DNA of 47,395 bases from Acidobacteriota bacterium (GCA_038530905.1 JBCBCF010000002.1:1-47395), one strand, 5' to 3'; positions 7,760 to 21,143 are shown, counted from the first letter of the stretch. Program-made: numbers and translations. Notes: generated from the sequence alone by a model not told the origin.

Positions 7760-9064
7760 ATGGACGCCCTTTCCCCCGCTTCGACCGCCTGGCTGCTGAC
7801 TGCCAGTGCTCTCGTCTTGTTGATGACACCTGCGCTCGCCTTCTTCTACGGCGGCTTGGTGCGACGCAAGAACGCGCTCAACACGATGATGATGAGCTTC
7901 GCGGCGACCGGAGTCGTCGGCGTCGTCTGGGCGACCCTTGGCTACAGCCTGGCCTTCTCGCCGGGCAACCGCTGGATCGGCGGGCTGGATTATGTGTTGC
8001 TGCGCGGTGTCGGGCTCGAGGCGAACGGCGAGGTGCCGCATTTGCTCTTCATGACCTTCCAGGGCACCTTCGCCGTGATCACGGCTGCTCTCATCTCGGG
8101 AGCCGTGGCAGAACGCATGCGCTTCGGCGCGTATCTCCTCTTCATCGCCGCCTGGACGCTCTGCGTCTACGCACCGGTCTGCCATTGGGTGTGGGGCGAC
8201 GGCTGGCTGGCCGCACTCGGTGCGCTCGACTTCGCGGGCGGAACGGTGGTCCACGTCAACGCTGCCGCGGCGGCGGTGGTTGCGGCGCTGGTGGTCGGAG
8301 CGCGGCGCGATCACGGTCGACGCGCGATGCTGCCGCACAACGTGCCGTTCGTGCTTCTTGGCGCCGGTCTGCTCTGGTTCGGTTGGTTCGGCTTCAACGC
8401 CGGCAGCGCGCTGGCCGCCGACGGCGTTGCGGCGCTCGCCTTCGCCAACACGTTCTTTGCTCCGGCGGCAGCGCTCACCGCGTGGCTGCTGCTCGACCTG
8501 CTGGTCACCGGGCGGGCGACGGCGGTAGGTGCAGCGACGGGTGTCGTCGTCGGCCTGGTGGCGATCACGCCGGCAGCGGGCTTCGTCTCGCCGGCCGCGT
8601 CGCTGGCGATCGGCGCTCTTGCGGTGGGCCCGAGCTATTGGGCGATTCTGCGTCGTTCACGCTCGCGCCTCGACGACAGTCTCGAGGTCGCGGCGGCCCA
8701 CGGCATGGGCGGCATCGTGGGCGCGCTCTTGACCGGTGTCTTCGCCGGCGCCGCCTGGGGCGGCGCGAGCGGCTTGATCGAGGGCGGACTCGCCGCTGGC
8801 GGTCGCCAGGTGGCGGTGCAGGCGGTGGCCGTCCTCGGCACACTCGTCTACAGCGGCGTCGCCAGCTTCCTTCTGCTGAACATGATCGGCCTCGTAGTGC
8901 CTTTGCGAGCAACATCGGGCGACGAGCGTCGCGGCCTCGACGGGCCGCAGCATGGCGAGCAGGCCTATGTCGACGGTGATGGGGCGGTGCTCCTCCTGCC
9001 GGATGCGACGCCGCCCGCCGAGCGCCCGCAGCTGACGATCGAACCGGCAGCGGCGACGTCGTGA
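7760..9064 (+). CDS. amtB: ammonium transporter (Amt family)
   Basis: 434 aa. 'LVLLMTPALAFFYGGLVRRKN', 'DFAGGTVVHVNAAAAA', 'WFGWFGFNAGS' and 'AAHGMGGIVGALLTG'. GGGAGA lies 7 nt upstream. Confidence 0.9.
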   Translation: MDALSPASTAWLLTASALVLLMTPALAFFYGGLVRRKNALNTMMMSFAATGVVGVVWATLGYSLAFSPGNRWIGGLDYVLLRGVGLEANGEVPHLLFMTFQGTFAVITAALISGAVAERMRFGAYLLFIAAWTLCVYAPVCHWVWGDGWLAALGALDFAGGTVVHVNAAAAAVVAALVVGARRDHGRRAMLPHNVPFVLLGAGLLWFGWFGFNAGSALAADGVAALAFANTFFAPAAALTAWLLLDLLVTGRATAVGAATGVVVGLVAITPAAGFVSPAASLAIGALAVGPSYWAILRRSRSRLDDSLEVAAAHGMGGIVGALLTGVFAGAAWGGASGLIEGGLAAGGRQVAVQAVAVLGTLVYSGVASFLLLNMIGLVVPLRATSGDERRGLDGPQHGEQAYVDGDGAVLLLPDATPPAERPQLTIEPAAATS

Positions 9065-9086
9065 GCCGCGCGCGGAGGCTGAAGGA

Positions 9087-9464
9087 ATGAAGCTGATTAC
9101 TGCGATCATCCGTCCGGAGCGACTCGACGACGTGCTCGCCGCTCTCTTCGCCATCGATGTGCGTGGGCTGACCATGACCCGAGCGGCTGGCCACGGCGGG
9201 GAGCTGGAGCGTGTCGAGACCTATCGCGGCACCACGGTGAAGATGGAGCTGGTCGACAAGATTCGGCTCGAGATCGGCGTCTCGGACGGCTTTGTCGAGC
9301 GGACGATCGAGGCGCTGGTGGCGGCTGCGCGCACCGGCGAGGTTGGCGACGGCAAGATTTTCGTCACCCCGGTCGAGCGGGTCGTGCGCATTCGCACGGG
9401 GGAGGTCGACGCAGCGGCGGTGACGCCTGCCGAACCGGCGTCAGCCGAGTCGTCCGACAGCTAG
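9087..9464 (+). CDS. glnK: nitrogen regulatory protein P-II
   Basis: 'MKLITAIIRPERLDDV', T-loop 'GHGGELERVETYRGTT' and 'TGEVGDGKIFVTPVE'. It starts 22 nt after amtB, the classic amtB-glnK pair. Confidence 0.9.
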   Translation: MKLITAIIRPERLDDVLAALFAIDVRGLTMTRAAGHGGELERVETYRGTTVKMELVDKIRLEIGVSDGFVERTIEALVAAARTGEVGDGKIFVTPVERVVRIRTGEVDAAAVTPAEPASAESSDS

Positions 9465-9685
9465 CGGGCCGCGGGCGTCGTCGACGATCGATCGGTGTCG
9501 ATGATCGGTCGGTCTCACTCGGTCCGACTGCGGAGCCGGTGCGTCTGATAGCATTGCCGCAAAGCGGCATTTTGCCGTTCCGCAGCAATGACACGACGCG
9601 TCTCGGCCGCCTGTTCGCGGGTCGCGAGATGCCCCTCGACCGACGGCCCGACGTCGGTCGCCGTGCCGACTCCGAAAGGACCGCC

Positions 9686-14335
<4,650 letters not shown>

Positions 14336-14417
14336 GTCAGCCCGCCTCGCCGCAGCGGCCGAAAATTCGTGCCGCGCTCGGGGATGGCGCTGAGCTCTGT
14401 GGCCGGGAGGCCGTGTC

Positions 14418-15311
14418 TCAGCTCCTGACGTCGAGGAACATCTGCCAGACGGCGCTGTCGAAATACGGCGAGTACTCGATATTCGGCGACGTGGGATGAC
14501 CGTAGCTGTTCAGCCCGTTTGCCGTCGCGCCGCCGAGCAGCCAGGGGCCGCCGCTGGCGCCCTCCGCGAAGTTGCTTCTCATGCCGACCGCGATGGTTCC
14601 ATCGGGGTCGAGGCCGGTCGACGGCCCGGTCAGCGACCACATCTGCGTTCCGTCATAGGGTGGATAGGGAGAGGCGGGATACCCCAAGGCCTGCCACACG
14701 AGCCCATTCCAGCCCTGGTTGACGATCAGGCCGAGAGAGCCTGTGATGTCGGCGATGTTCTGCGGGGTCGTGGTGGCCATGCCGACATCGAAGCTGTCGT
14801 TGCCGGTCGTGTTGTATCCCGGCAGCGTGTAGCTGACCGAGACGCCCCAGGTGCCGAGCGGCGTCCGGCCGGCCCAATAGGCGGGAGCGAACAGGAGGTT
14901 CTGCGCCCACTGCTGGTTCGGGAAGTCGAAGAGAGCATGTGCCGCGGTAAGCAGCGTATTGCCGGAAATCACCGCGGCCGAGGCCTCATACGACATGCCG
15001 TTCTGAGTGTAGAAGAGCTTGCCGACGGTCGAAAACGGGAACACCATCGCGTCCGCGACCGGCACGGCAGAGAAGGTCGCCCGGGCGTCGTCGATCGGCG
15101 GTTCCCGTCTCGGGCGCTGCGGCGGTGAGCGGTGTTGCGACTCCTCGGACGGCTGGGTGATCTCGCGTCGAACCCGTTTGACGCCGGCATCCGGCCGTCG
15201 GCTCGGGGCCGGAACTGCATCTTTCATGCGCTCCGGCGTCCAGAAGGCCTTCAGATCGTCGAGAGACTGCTCGCTTCGTGGGCTCTGGGAGGGCTTGGTG
15301 TCGTTGGCCAT
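14418..15311 (-). CDS. trypsin-like (S1 family) serine peptidase
   Basis: Catalytic triad contexts 'LLTAAHAL' (His), 'DSFDVGMA' (Asp) and 'FAEGASGGPW' (Ser). AGGAG lies 6 nt upstream of the ATG. The first ~90 aa are Pro/Arg/Ser/Glu-rich with no visible signal peptide. Confidence 0.7.
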   Translation of the reverse strand: MANDTKPSQSPRSEQSLDDLKAFWTPERMKDAVPAPSRRPDAGVKRVRREITQPSEESQHRSPPQRPRREPPIDDARATFSAVPVADAMVFPFSTVGKLFYTQNGMSYEASAAVISGNTLLTAAHALFDFPNQQWAQNLLFAPAYWAGRTPLGTWGVSVSYTLPGYNTTGNDSFDVGMATTTPQNIADITGSLGLIVNQGWNGLVWQALGYPASPYPPYDGTQMWSLTGPSTGLDPDGTIAVGMRSNFAEGASGGPWLLGGATANGLNSYGHPTSPNIEYSPYFDSAVWQMFLDVRS

Positions 15312-15407
15312 GCCGTTCTCCTTGTCAACATCGGTTCTTGTCTCGGGTGCTCGGTCGGGCGGTGCCGCATGTCACGGAAGGCAACTCGAACGCGCGCGGG
15401 CCGGGAA

Positions 15408-15447
15408 GCCGCGGAGAGAGCCTCCGGTGCGAGGCTCTCTCCGCGGC
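15408..15447 (-). terminator. perfect 17-bp GC-rich hairpin downstream of the thaumatin-like gene
   Basis: gccgcggagagagcctc (15408-15424), loop cggtgc, gaggctctctccgcggc (15431-15447). All 17 pairs are Watson-Crick. It lies 19 nt past the stop at 15466 and has no U-tract. Confidence 0.5.
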
Positions 15448-15465
15448 GAGCGTCGCGCGGAGGGC

Positions 15466-16638
15466 TCAGAGAGGGCAGGGGCAGGCGTCTTCGCCGCAGT
15501 CCGGACAGGCGGTGCCGTTCGGACAGACCTGCGGCGGCGAGGTGTTCGGGTTGCAGAAGGTCTGCGGCTCGCGACGCTGCGTGGGAACGCTGAGCGAGTT
15601 GCCGTTTGGACAGATCGTCAGCTCGTATTTGACGGCGCCCTCGCACTTCACGAGACCGATGCCGTCGTCATAGGCATAGGCGTAGGCGTTGCACTTCTGC
15701 CGAGTGTGGATCGACTCGTGGTACTCGCTCGTCGCGGCGACGCCAGCGCGGCAGTCGGCCGCGCTGACCGGCGGCGTCGGGCAGCAATACATCTGCGCCT
15801 GCGGCGAGTTCGGCTGGAGCCCGCCGAGAACCGTCGCCCAGCCCTCCCACTGCGACGAGGTCAGCTTGGTGCACGGACTGAAGCAGCCCACGACGTCGGC
15901 CGCATCGGTATAGGCCTGGTACTGCAGGTTGACGCTCGTGACGTTGTGGCCGTTGATGTTGTTGTATTCGCCACCGGTCGAGAGGTTTTCCGTCGTTGGG
16001 CAAGCGGCCGGATGCAGCTTGCCGCAGTCGACCGATGGATCGGCCAGGGGCTGGCCGGTGTTGCCGTCGGCACACGAGAGCGTGCCTCCCTGCACGGCGG
16101 GCGAGACGTCGATCGTGTAGGCGAAGGTATAGCCGTCGACCGCGGAGCCGTCCCAATACGTCGCTGAACCGAGCTTCTGCTGCGGGGCCGAAGGATTGGC
16201 CGCGCAGTCGTTTGGATCGGCGAGCAGGCAGCCCCAGGTTGCCTCGAACTTGCTGTCGATCGGTGGGTCGTAGATGGTGCGGCTGGTTTGGTGGCCCGCC
16301 GCCTGCGCCGACGGCACGCCGACGCTCTCGCCGACCGCGCAGTCGTAGCCGTAGATGTTGCAATTCGCCTTCGCCCAGAAGCGCGTCGAGGCGAGGCCCT
16401 CGGCGGGGATCTCGTAGTCGTAGGACTCGCCAGCCGGAATCTGCACAACGATGGGGTCTGGGGTTTTGAATTTGAAGTCCTGCTCGATCCAGAGATCGTA
16501 TGGGCAGGAGTTCGTCACCGTGAAGTGGTTGGTCGGCGTGTCGGCGAAGGCGGCGACGGCGAGCAGGCAGAGGGTCGAGGCGAGCACGGCGTGCAGCGCC
16601 GCGCGGCGAAGGGTGGTGGGATCGGTCGGCCGGTGCAT
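15466..16638 (-). CDS. secreted thaumatin-like protein (PR-5/osmotin family) with insertions and a Cys-rich tail
   Basis: Start at ATG 16636-16638 (MHRPTDPTTLRRAALHAVLASTLCLLAVAAFA, Sec signal), with GGAGAG upstream. 'FTVTNSCPYDLW', 'RFWAKANCN', 'YWDGSAVDGYTFAYTI', 'GCFSPCTKL..QMYCCP' and 'KCNAYAYAYDDGIGLVKCEGAVKYELTICPNG' are collinear with plant osmotin/thaumatin motifs (reference recalled). Confidence 0.75.
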   Translation of the reverse strand: MHRPTDPTTLRRAALHAVLASTLCLLAVAAFADTPTNHFTVTNSCPYDLWIEQDFKFKTPDPIVVQIPAGESYDYEIPAEGLASTRFWAKANCNIYGYDCAVGESVGVPSAQAAGHQTSRTIYDPPIDSKFEATWGCLLADPNDCAANPSAPQQKLGSATYWDGSAVDGYTFAYTIDVSPAVQGGTLSCADGNTGQPLADPSVDCGKLHPAACPTTENLSTGGEYNNINGHNVTSVNLQYQAYTDAADVVGCFSPCTKLTSSQWEGWATVLGGLQPNSPQAQMYCCPTPPVSAADCRAGVAATSEYHESIHTRQKCNAYAYAYDDGIGLVKCEGAVKYELTICPNGNSLSVPTQRREPQTFCNPNTSPPQVCPNGTACPDCGEDACPCPL

Positions 16639-16774
16639 CACATCTCTCCAGGAACGTTCAACGACAGCGGAACCGGCGTCGGTCGATCGACGCCTCACTG
16701 TCTGAGCTGCGATCCGGCCGGTTCGCGGCTCATGGACTTCGACCGTCGGCCCGGTCGATCGTCGGGGCCCGCCG

Positions 16775-16780
16775 TACAAT
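16775..16780 (+). promoter_or_regulatory. -10 box TACAAT, 9 nt before ATG 16790 (leaderless-type)
   Basis: ccgTACAATgccgcggccATG. There is no Shine-Dalgarno between the box and the start. Confidence 0.4.
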
Positions 16781-16789
16781 GCCGCGGCC

Positions 16790-18709
16790 ATGGCCCTTCC
16801 CGAGCCGGTTCGCGATCGCCTCGCGCTGCTTTTGACGATGACTCTCTCGGCGCTCGCCCTGCTGCCGGTGGTGCGGCGTGGCTGGCTGCCGCAAGATGTC
16901 GGGCTGCTGGGGCAGACGGCCGAGCGAGTGCTCGCTGGCGAGCTGCCGCACCGTGACTTCATCGATATGTACACCGGCGGGCAGGCCTTTCTGCATGCCG
17001 GTGTCTTCGGCGTCTTCGGTGTCGATGCCGTGCACCTACGCTGGCTGCTCTACGCGACGGTCGTCGTGTCGGTGCCGATCTTCTTCGCGCTGGCGCGGCG
17101 CGCCGCTGGGCCGTGGGCCGCGTCGGCTGCCGTGCTGGTCGGCCTGTCATGGGGACCGCCGCTCTACTTCGAGTCGATGCCGTCCTGGTACAACCTGGTC
17201 CTGGCGGCGGCGGGCGCCGAGCTGCTGCTGCGCCACCGCGACAGCGGCCGGACGTGGCCCCTGGTCGCGGCCGGTCTATGCGCCGGCGCGTCGCTGGCGA
17301 TCAAGTCCGCAGGTCTGCTTTTCGTGGCAGCGGCTTGCCTCTTCTTCGTCCACCTCGATCAAGATCGCCGCGCGCGCGCTGATCGTCTGGCGGCAGGATC
17401 CAGCGGGCGGATCGTCGTGATCGGCGGGCTGATGGCGTTCGCGTTCGTCCTTCTGCGCTTCGTCGGCCAGCAGTGGACCTGGATGGGATTCCTGCATTTC
17501 GCGCTCCCGGCCCTGCTGCTCACTGCCCATCTTGTGCGGCGAGAGCTGGCTCTCGAGTCGACGAGCGCGCTGCCGCGCCTGGGTGCCCTTGTGAGTCGGG
17601 CGGCGCCGTTCCTGCTCGGCGCTGCCCTGCCGATGGCGTTGCTGACCATCCCGTACATCGCACAGGGTGCCTCCGCCACGCTGCTCGATCCTGCGATCTA
17701 CTTCCCTTCGGAGCGTCTCGAGCGAGCGTCCGTGCCGCTGCCGCCGGCCCGGACGCTGATCGCGGTCGGGCCGATCGCCCTCGTCTTTCTCGCATCCTTT
17801 GCCGCGCGCGGCCGGTGGGTGCGCTCGCGGGCCGTCGCCTGGGCGCTTGCGATCGTGGCCGTCGGCGTCGTCGCCGCGGGAACCGATCCTCGGGTGTATC
17901 AGCTGGTCTGGTTTGCCGCCCGTCCGCTGGTGCCGATGCTCGCTTGCGTTGGGACGTGGTGGCTGTGGCGGGCCGAGCTGTCGACGACCGCGCGCCAGAA
18001 CCTCTTCTTGGTGCTCGCGGTGACCGCCCTCCACAGCATCGTGCAATTTCCGCTGGCGCTGGCGGTCTATTTCGCCTACGCGGCGCCGCTCGTCGCGGTG
18101 GCCTACCTCCATGTCGTTGCAGCGGACCGTCGCGCGCCACGACGCCTCCACGCGGTGCTTGCAGGCCTCTTCTTCGCCTTCGGCGCGCTGTGGAACGGCC
18201 TGAACCATCCCGAGAAGCTGGCGCGTTTCGTCGAGCCGCAGACCACGATGCAACCGCTCGACCTCGCGCGCGCGAGTCTCGAGGTGGCGCCACGGGAGGC
18301 GCAGATTTACCGGGGTCTCGTCGAGCTCGTCCGAAGAAGCTCGCCGGAGGGTTCGTGCATCCTCGCCGGGCCCGGGGCGCCGGAGATCTACTTCCTAACC
18401 GAGCGCTGCAATCCGACGCCGACGCTGATCGAGATCTTCGATCCGGACTACGGCACGCCGCAGGCGGTCGAGCGACTGGAACGGCTGGTGGTCGACGCCG
18501 ATCTGCCGGTCGCCGTGGTCAACCGCGCGCCGGCGTTCAGCGCCGTCCCTCCCGAGCTGATCCCCATCTACGAGCGCCATTTCGGCCGGGCGACGGCGAT
18601 CGGCAGATTTCTCGTCTTCACCGAACGGCGGTCGCACAGCGTCGATCCGGACGGAATCCACCAGCCGGCCTCGGAGCCGGGAGCAGTCGCCGATCCCACC
18701 GTCGACTGA
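16790..18709 (+). CDS. polytopic membrane protein, putative GT-C glycosyltransferase (ArnT/PMT_2-like)
   Basis: 639 aa with many hydrophobic segments over the first ~460 aa. The N-terminal loop 'AERVLAGELPHRDFIDMYTGG' resembles the first periplasmic loop of ArnT/PMT_2 enzymes, and there is a soluble C-terminal ~170 aa. The family call is by pattern only. Confidence 0.5.
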   Translation: MALPEPVRDRLALLLTMTLSALALLPVVRRGWLPQDVGLLGQTAERVLAGELPHRDFIDMYTGGQAFLHAGVFGVFGVDAVHLRWLLYATVVVSVPIFFALARRAAGPWAASAAVLVGLSWGPPLYFESMPSWYNLVLAAAGAELLLRHRDSGRTWPLVAAGLCAGASLAIKSAGLLFVAAACLFFVHLDQDRRARADRLAAGSSGRIVVIGGLMAFAFVLLRFVGQQWTWMGFLHFALPALLLTAHLVRRELALESTSALPRLGALVSRAAPFLLGAALPMALLTIPYIAQGASATLLDPAIYFPSERLERASVPLPPARTLIAVGPIALVFLASFAARGRWVRSRAVAWALAIVAVGVVAAGTDPRVYQLVWFAARPLVPMLACVGTWWLWRAELSTTARQNLFLVLAVTALHSIVQFPLALAVYFAYAAPLVAVAYLHVVAADRRAPRRLHAVLAGLFFAFGALWNGLNHPEKLARFVEPQTTMQPLDLARASLEVAPREAQIYRGLVELVRRSSPEGSCILAGPGAPEIYFLTERCNPTPTLIEIFDPDYGTPQAVERLERLVVDADLPVAVVNRAPAFSAVPPELIPIYERHFGRATAIGRFLVFTERRSHSVDPDGIHQPASEPGAVADPTVD

Positions 18710-18717
18710 GTCTGGCC

Positions 18718-20253
18718 TCAGCCGGCACCCTCCAGCTCGCCCAGTCGTTCGAGGGCGTGGGCGTTGTCTGGATCGAGATCGAGCACCCGCCGATAGCTGT
18801 CGATCGCCAGGCGACGATCGCCACGCTCCGCAAACGCCTCGCCGAGGCTGTCGTGGACGTTCGGGGAGTCAGGGAACTCTTCCACGTTGAGCTGAAAGAG
18901 CCCGACCGCGTCGTCGACGCGGCCGGCACGTAGGGCGACGTAGCCCAGCCGGTTGAGCGTCCATTCGGCGAGCGCCGGATCGTGCGCGTTGCCCTCGATG
19001 AGCTGCCGATAGAGAGCTCGCAGCGTCTCCGCCGGCGCGTCGCGGCGGGCGAGAAGCGGTGCCGAGATCGGCGTCTGCGTGTCGTCGCCGAGAGCGACCT
19101 CGCGCATCAGGAGGTCCGCCAAGTGGACGACCAGCTCCTTGTTGTCCTCGTGGTCGGTGAACACGCCGACCGTGACGCGCCGCGACGGAGCGAAGCGGAT
19201 CGTGGCGCGTCCGCCGCCGCCGCGATGGCCGAAGGTTTCGACATCGTCGAGAGTCTCGAGAATCGTGCCCAGGCCGTAGCCGTCCATCACATAGCGATCG
19301 TTCGAAAGCAGACGTTCGAGCATCGGGAGATCGACGATCGCGCCGGCGTGAAGGGCGCGAAAGAGTGCCGCGAGATCGTCGGCGGTCGATCGATGCCAGC
19401 CGGCCGAGGTGAGCAGCGGCGCCGACGGCTCGCCGGGTGCCGCGGTCGACGAGCGCTCGAGGGCCTTCAGGCCTGCCGCGGACAGCACGTTGCGGTCGAC
19501 GAGCTCGGGCCAGGACGCATCGGTCACCTCATGCAGGAGGTGCTCGGCGACGGCGTAGCCACTCTGCCGATAGCTCGAGCGCTCGCCCGGAGCGAACTCG
19601 AGCGGCAGGGGGCGCAGCAGCTCGATCAGATCAGCGGCGGTGGTCTCGGGATCGGCGGCGAGGGCCTCGAACTCGGGGCGATGGACCAGCCGCGGCAAAC
19701 CGGCGGTGTGGTTGATCAAGCGAAAGAACGGAATCGTTCGCCAGGCAGGCGGAGCGTCGCGCATCATGTCGCCGATCGGTGCGTCGAGATCGAGCAAACC
19801 GTCCTCGACCATCGACGCCAGCGTCAGAGAGGTCAAGAACTTCGTAGCCGAATAGAGCTGAATCGGCGTCGAGGCGCTGTACGGGTTGCCGTCGGCCTGG
19901 ACTCCGATTCCCTCGGCCCACAGGATCTGGTCGCCAGCGACGACGACCGCGACCAAGCCACCGACACCGTAGCCCTCGCGCATCGAGGTGAGCCGCTGGG
20001 TCAGGAGCGGAGCGCGCGTCTGCCACCGAGCGATCGCGGCTGCCTCGGCCTGTGCCTCGGCGTCCGCTGCCTCGACCTCGGTTGACGCGCCCCCGGGCTG
20101 ATCGGACGGGAGGTGGCCGTCGCCGGACCTCGGGTCCGTCGAGCGCCCACAGCCTGCGATCAGGAGGGCGGCGAGAGTGCTGACGATCCAAGCGACGGCG
20201 AAGGGCGTGCGCTGGGCGGACGGGCCAGACAGGCGGCGGGAGAGAGTGGACAC
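18718..20253 (-). CDS. beta-lactamase-fold serine hydrolase with C-terminal TPR repeats (lipoprotein-like signal)
   Basis: SxxK motif in 'LYSATKFLTS', signal/lipobox-like 'LLIAGCG', and TPR-like 'AVGLFQLNVEEFPDSPNVHDSLGEAFAERGDRRLAIDSYRRVLDLDPDN'. Start set at GTG 20251-20253 preceded by GAGG. The ORF-track start is 20364. Confidence 0.65.
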   Translation of the reverse strand: MSTLSRRLSGPSAQRTPFAVAWIVSTLAALLIAGCGRSTDPRSGDGHLPSDQPGGASTEVEAADAEAQAEAAAIARWQTRAPLLTQRLTSMREGYGVGGLVAVVVAGDQILWAEGIGVQADGNPYSASTPIQLYSATKFLTSLTLASMVEDGLLDLDAPIGDMMRDAPPAWRTIPFFRLINHTAGLPRLVHRPEFEALAADPETTAADLIELLRPLPLEFAPGERSSYRQSGYAVAEHLLHEVTDASWPELVDRNVLSAAGLKALERSSTAAPGEPSAPLLTSAGWHRSTADDLAALFRALHAGAIVDLPMLERLLSNDRYVMDGYGLGTILETLDDVETFGHRGGGGRATIRFAPSRRVTVGVFTDHEDNKELVVHLADLLMREVALGDDTQTPISAPLLARRDAPAETLRALYRQLIEGNAHDPALAEWTLNRLGYVALRAGRVDDAVGLFQLNVEEFPDSPNVHDSLGEAFAERGDRRLAIDSYRRVLDLDPDNAHALERLGELEGAG

Positions 20254-20354
20254 AGGCACCTCGGGACGGCGGGCGTTGAGACGAAGTCGAGGGAGCGGCG
20301 CAACGGCAGACCGTCTCTCGAAACGCACCGCGCCGAAAAAAGTTCGACGGCCCG

Positions 20355-20360
20355 TACAAT
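20355..20360 (+). promoter_or_regulatory. -10 box TACAAT, 6 nt before ATG 20367 (leaderless-type)
   Basis: ccgTACAATccacggATG, the same CCGTACAAT nonamer as at 16772-16780. Confidence 0.4.
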
Positions 20361-20366
20361 CCACGG

Positions 20367-21143
20367 ATGGATCTTCACCTCGACGGCAAGGTTGCGCTAG
20401 TCACCGGCGCGAGTCGCGGCATCGGGCTCGGCATCGCGCGTTCGCTCGCGCAGGAGGGCTGTCGGCTGGCGCTTTGCGCGCGCGGCCGTGAGGCGCTGGA
20501 CGCGGCGGCAGAGGAGCTGCGCGCGACCGGTGCCGAGGTGCTGACGCGGTCTTTCGACGTGACGGCACCCTCGGCGATCGAAGACTTCGTGGCCGAGACC
20601 ACGGAACGCTTCGGCTGCGTTGACGTGGTGGTTGGCAACGCGGGCGGCAACCACCGCGGCCGCGTGCTCGAGGTCGACGACGAGGCTTGGCATCGGATCT
20701 ACTCGCTGAACGTCCAGGCGAACATTCGCGCTGCCCGTGCGGCGGCGCCCGGAATGATCGAGCGTCGCAACGGTTCGATCCTTTTCATCGCCTCGATCTA
20801 CGGCCGGGAGGCCGGCGGTGCCGGCCTCGCGATCTACAACAGCACGAAGAGCGCCTTGATCAGCTTCGCCAAGATCTTGGCGCTCGAGCTGGCCGGATCC
20901 GGCGTGCGGGTCAATACCGTAGCGCCCGGCTCGATCCGCTTCGCCGGTGGCAGCTGGGATCGTCGATGCCGCGAGCAGCCTGCGGAGATGGCTGCCTTCA
21001 TCGAGCGGGAGCTGCCGCTCGGACGCTTCGGCACGGTCCAAGAAGTCGCCGACGTCGTCGCCTTTCTGGCGTCCGAGCGCGCCGGTCTCGTGACCGGCGC
21101 CTGTGTGAACGTCGACGGTGGTCAGTCGAGCTCGCTGATCTGA
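20367..21143 (+). CDS. SDR-family oxidoreductase (FabG-like)
   Basis: 'VTGASRGIGLGIA' (TGxxxGIG), 'GNAGG' and 'YNSTK' (YxxxK), 258 aa. Confidence 0.85.
   Translation: MDLHLDGKVALVTGASRGIGLGIARSLAQEGCRLALCARGREALDAAAEELRATGAEVLTRSFDVTAPSAIEDFVAETTERFGCVDVVVGNAGGNHRGRVLEVDDEAWHRIYSLNVQANIRAARAAAPGMIERRNGSILFIASIYGREAGGAGLAIYNSTKSALISFAKILALELAGSGVRVNTVAPGSIRFAGGSWDRRCREQPAEMAAFIERELPLGRFGTVQEVADVVAFLASERAGLVTGACVNVDGGQSSSLI

Noticed and set aside
9539-9685. ORF-track N-terminal extension of gltB (start 9539)
   Set aside because: The extension ('MRLIALPQSGILPFRSNDTTRLGRLFAGRE..') precedes the Ntn-Cys by far more than in known GOGATs and overlaps the hairpin element. ATG 9686 has an RBS-like AAAGGA.
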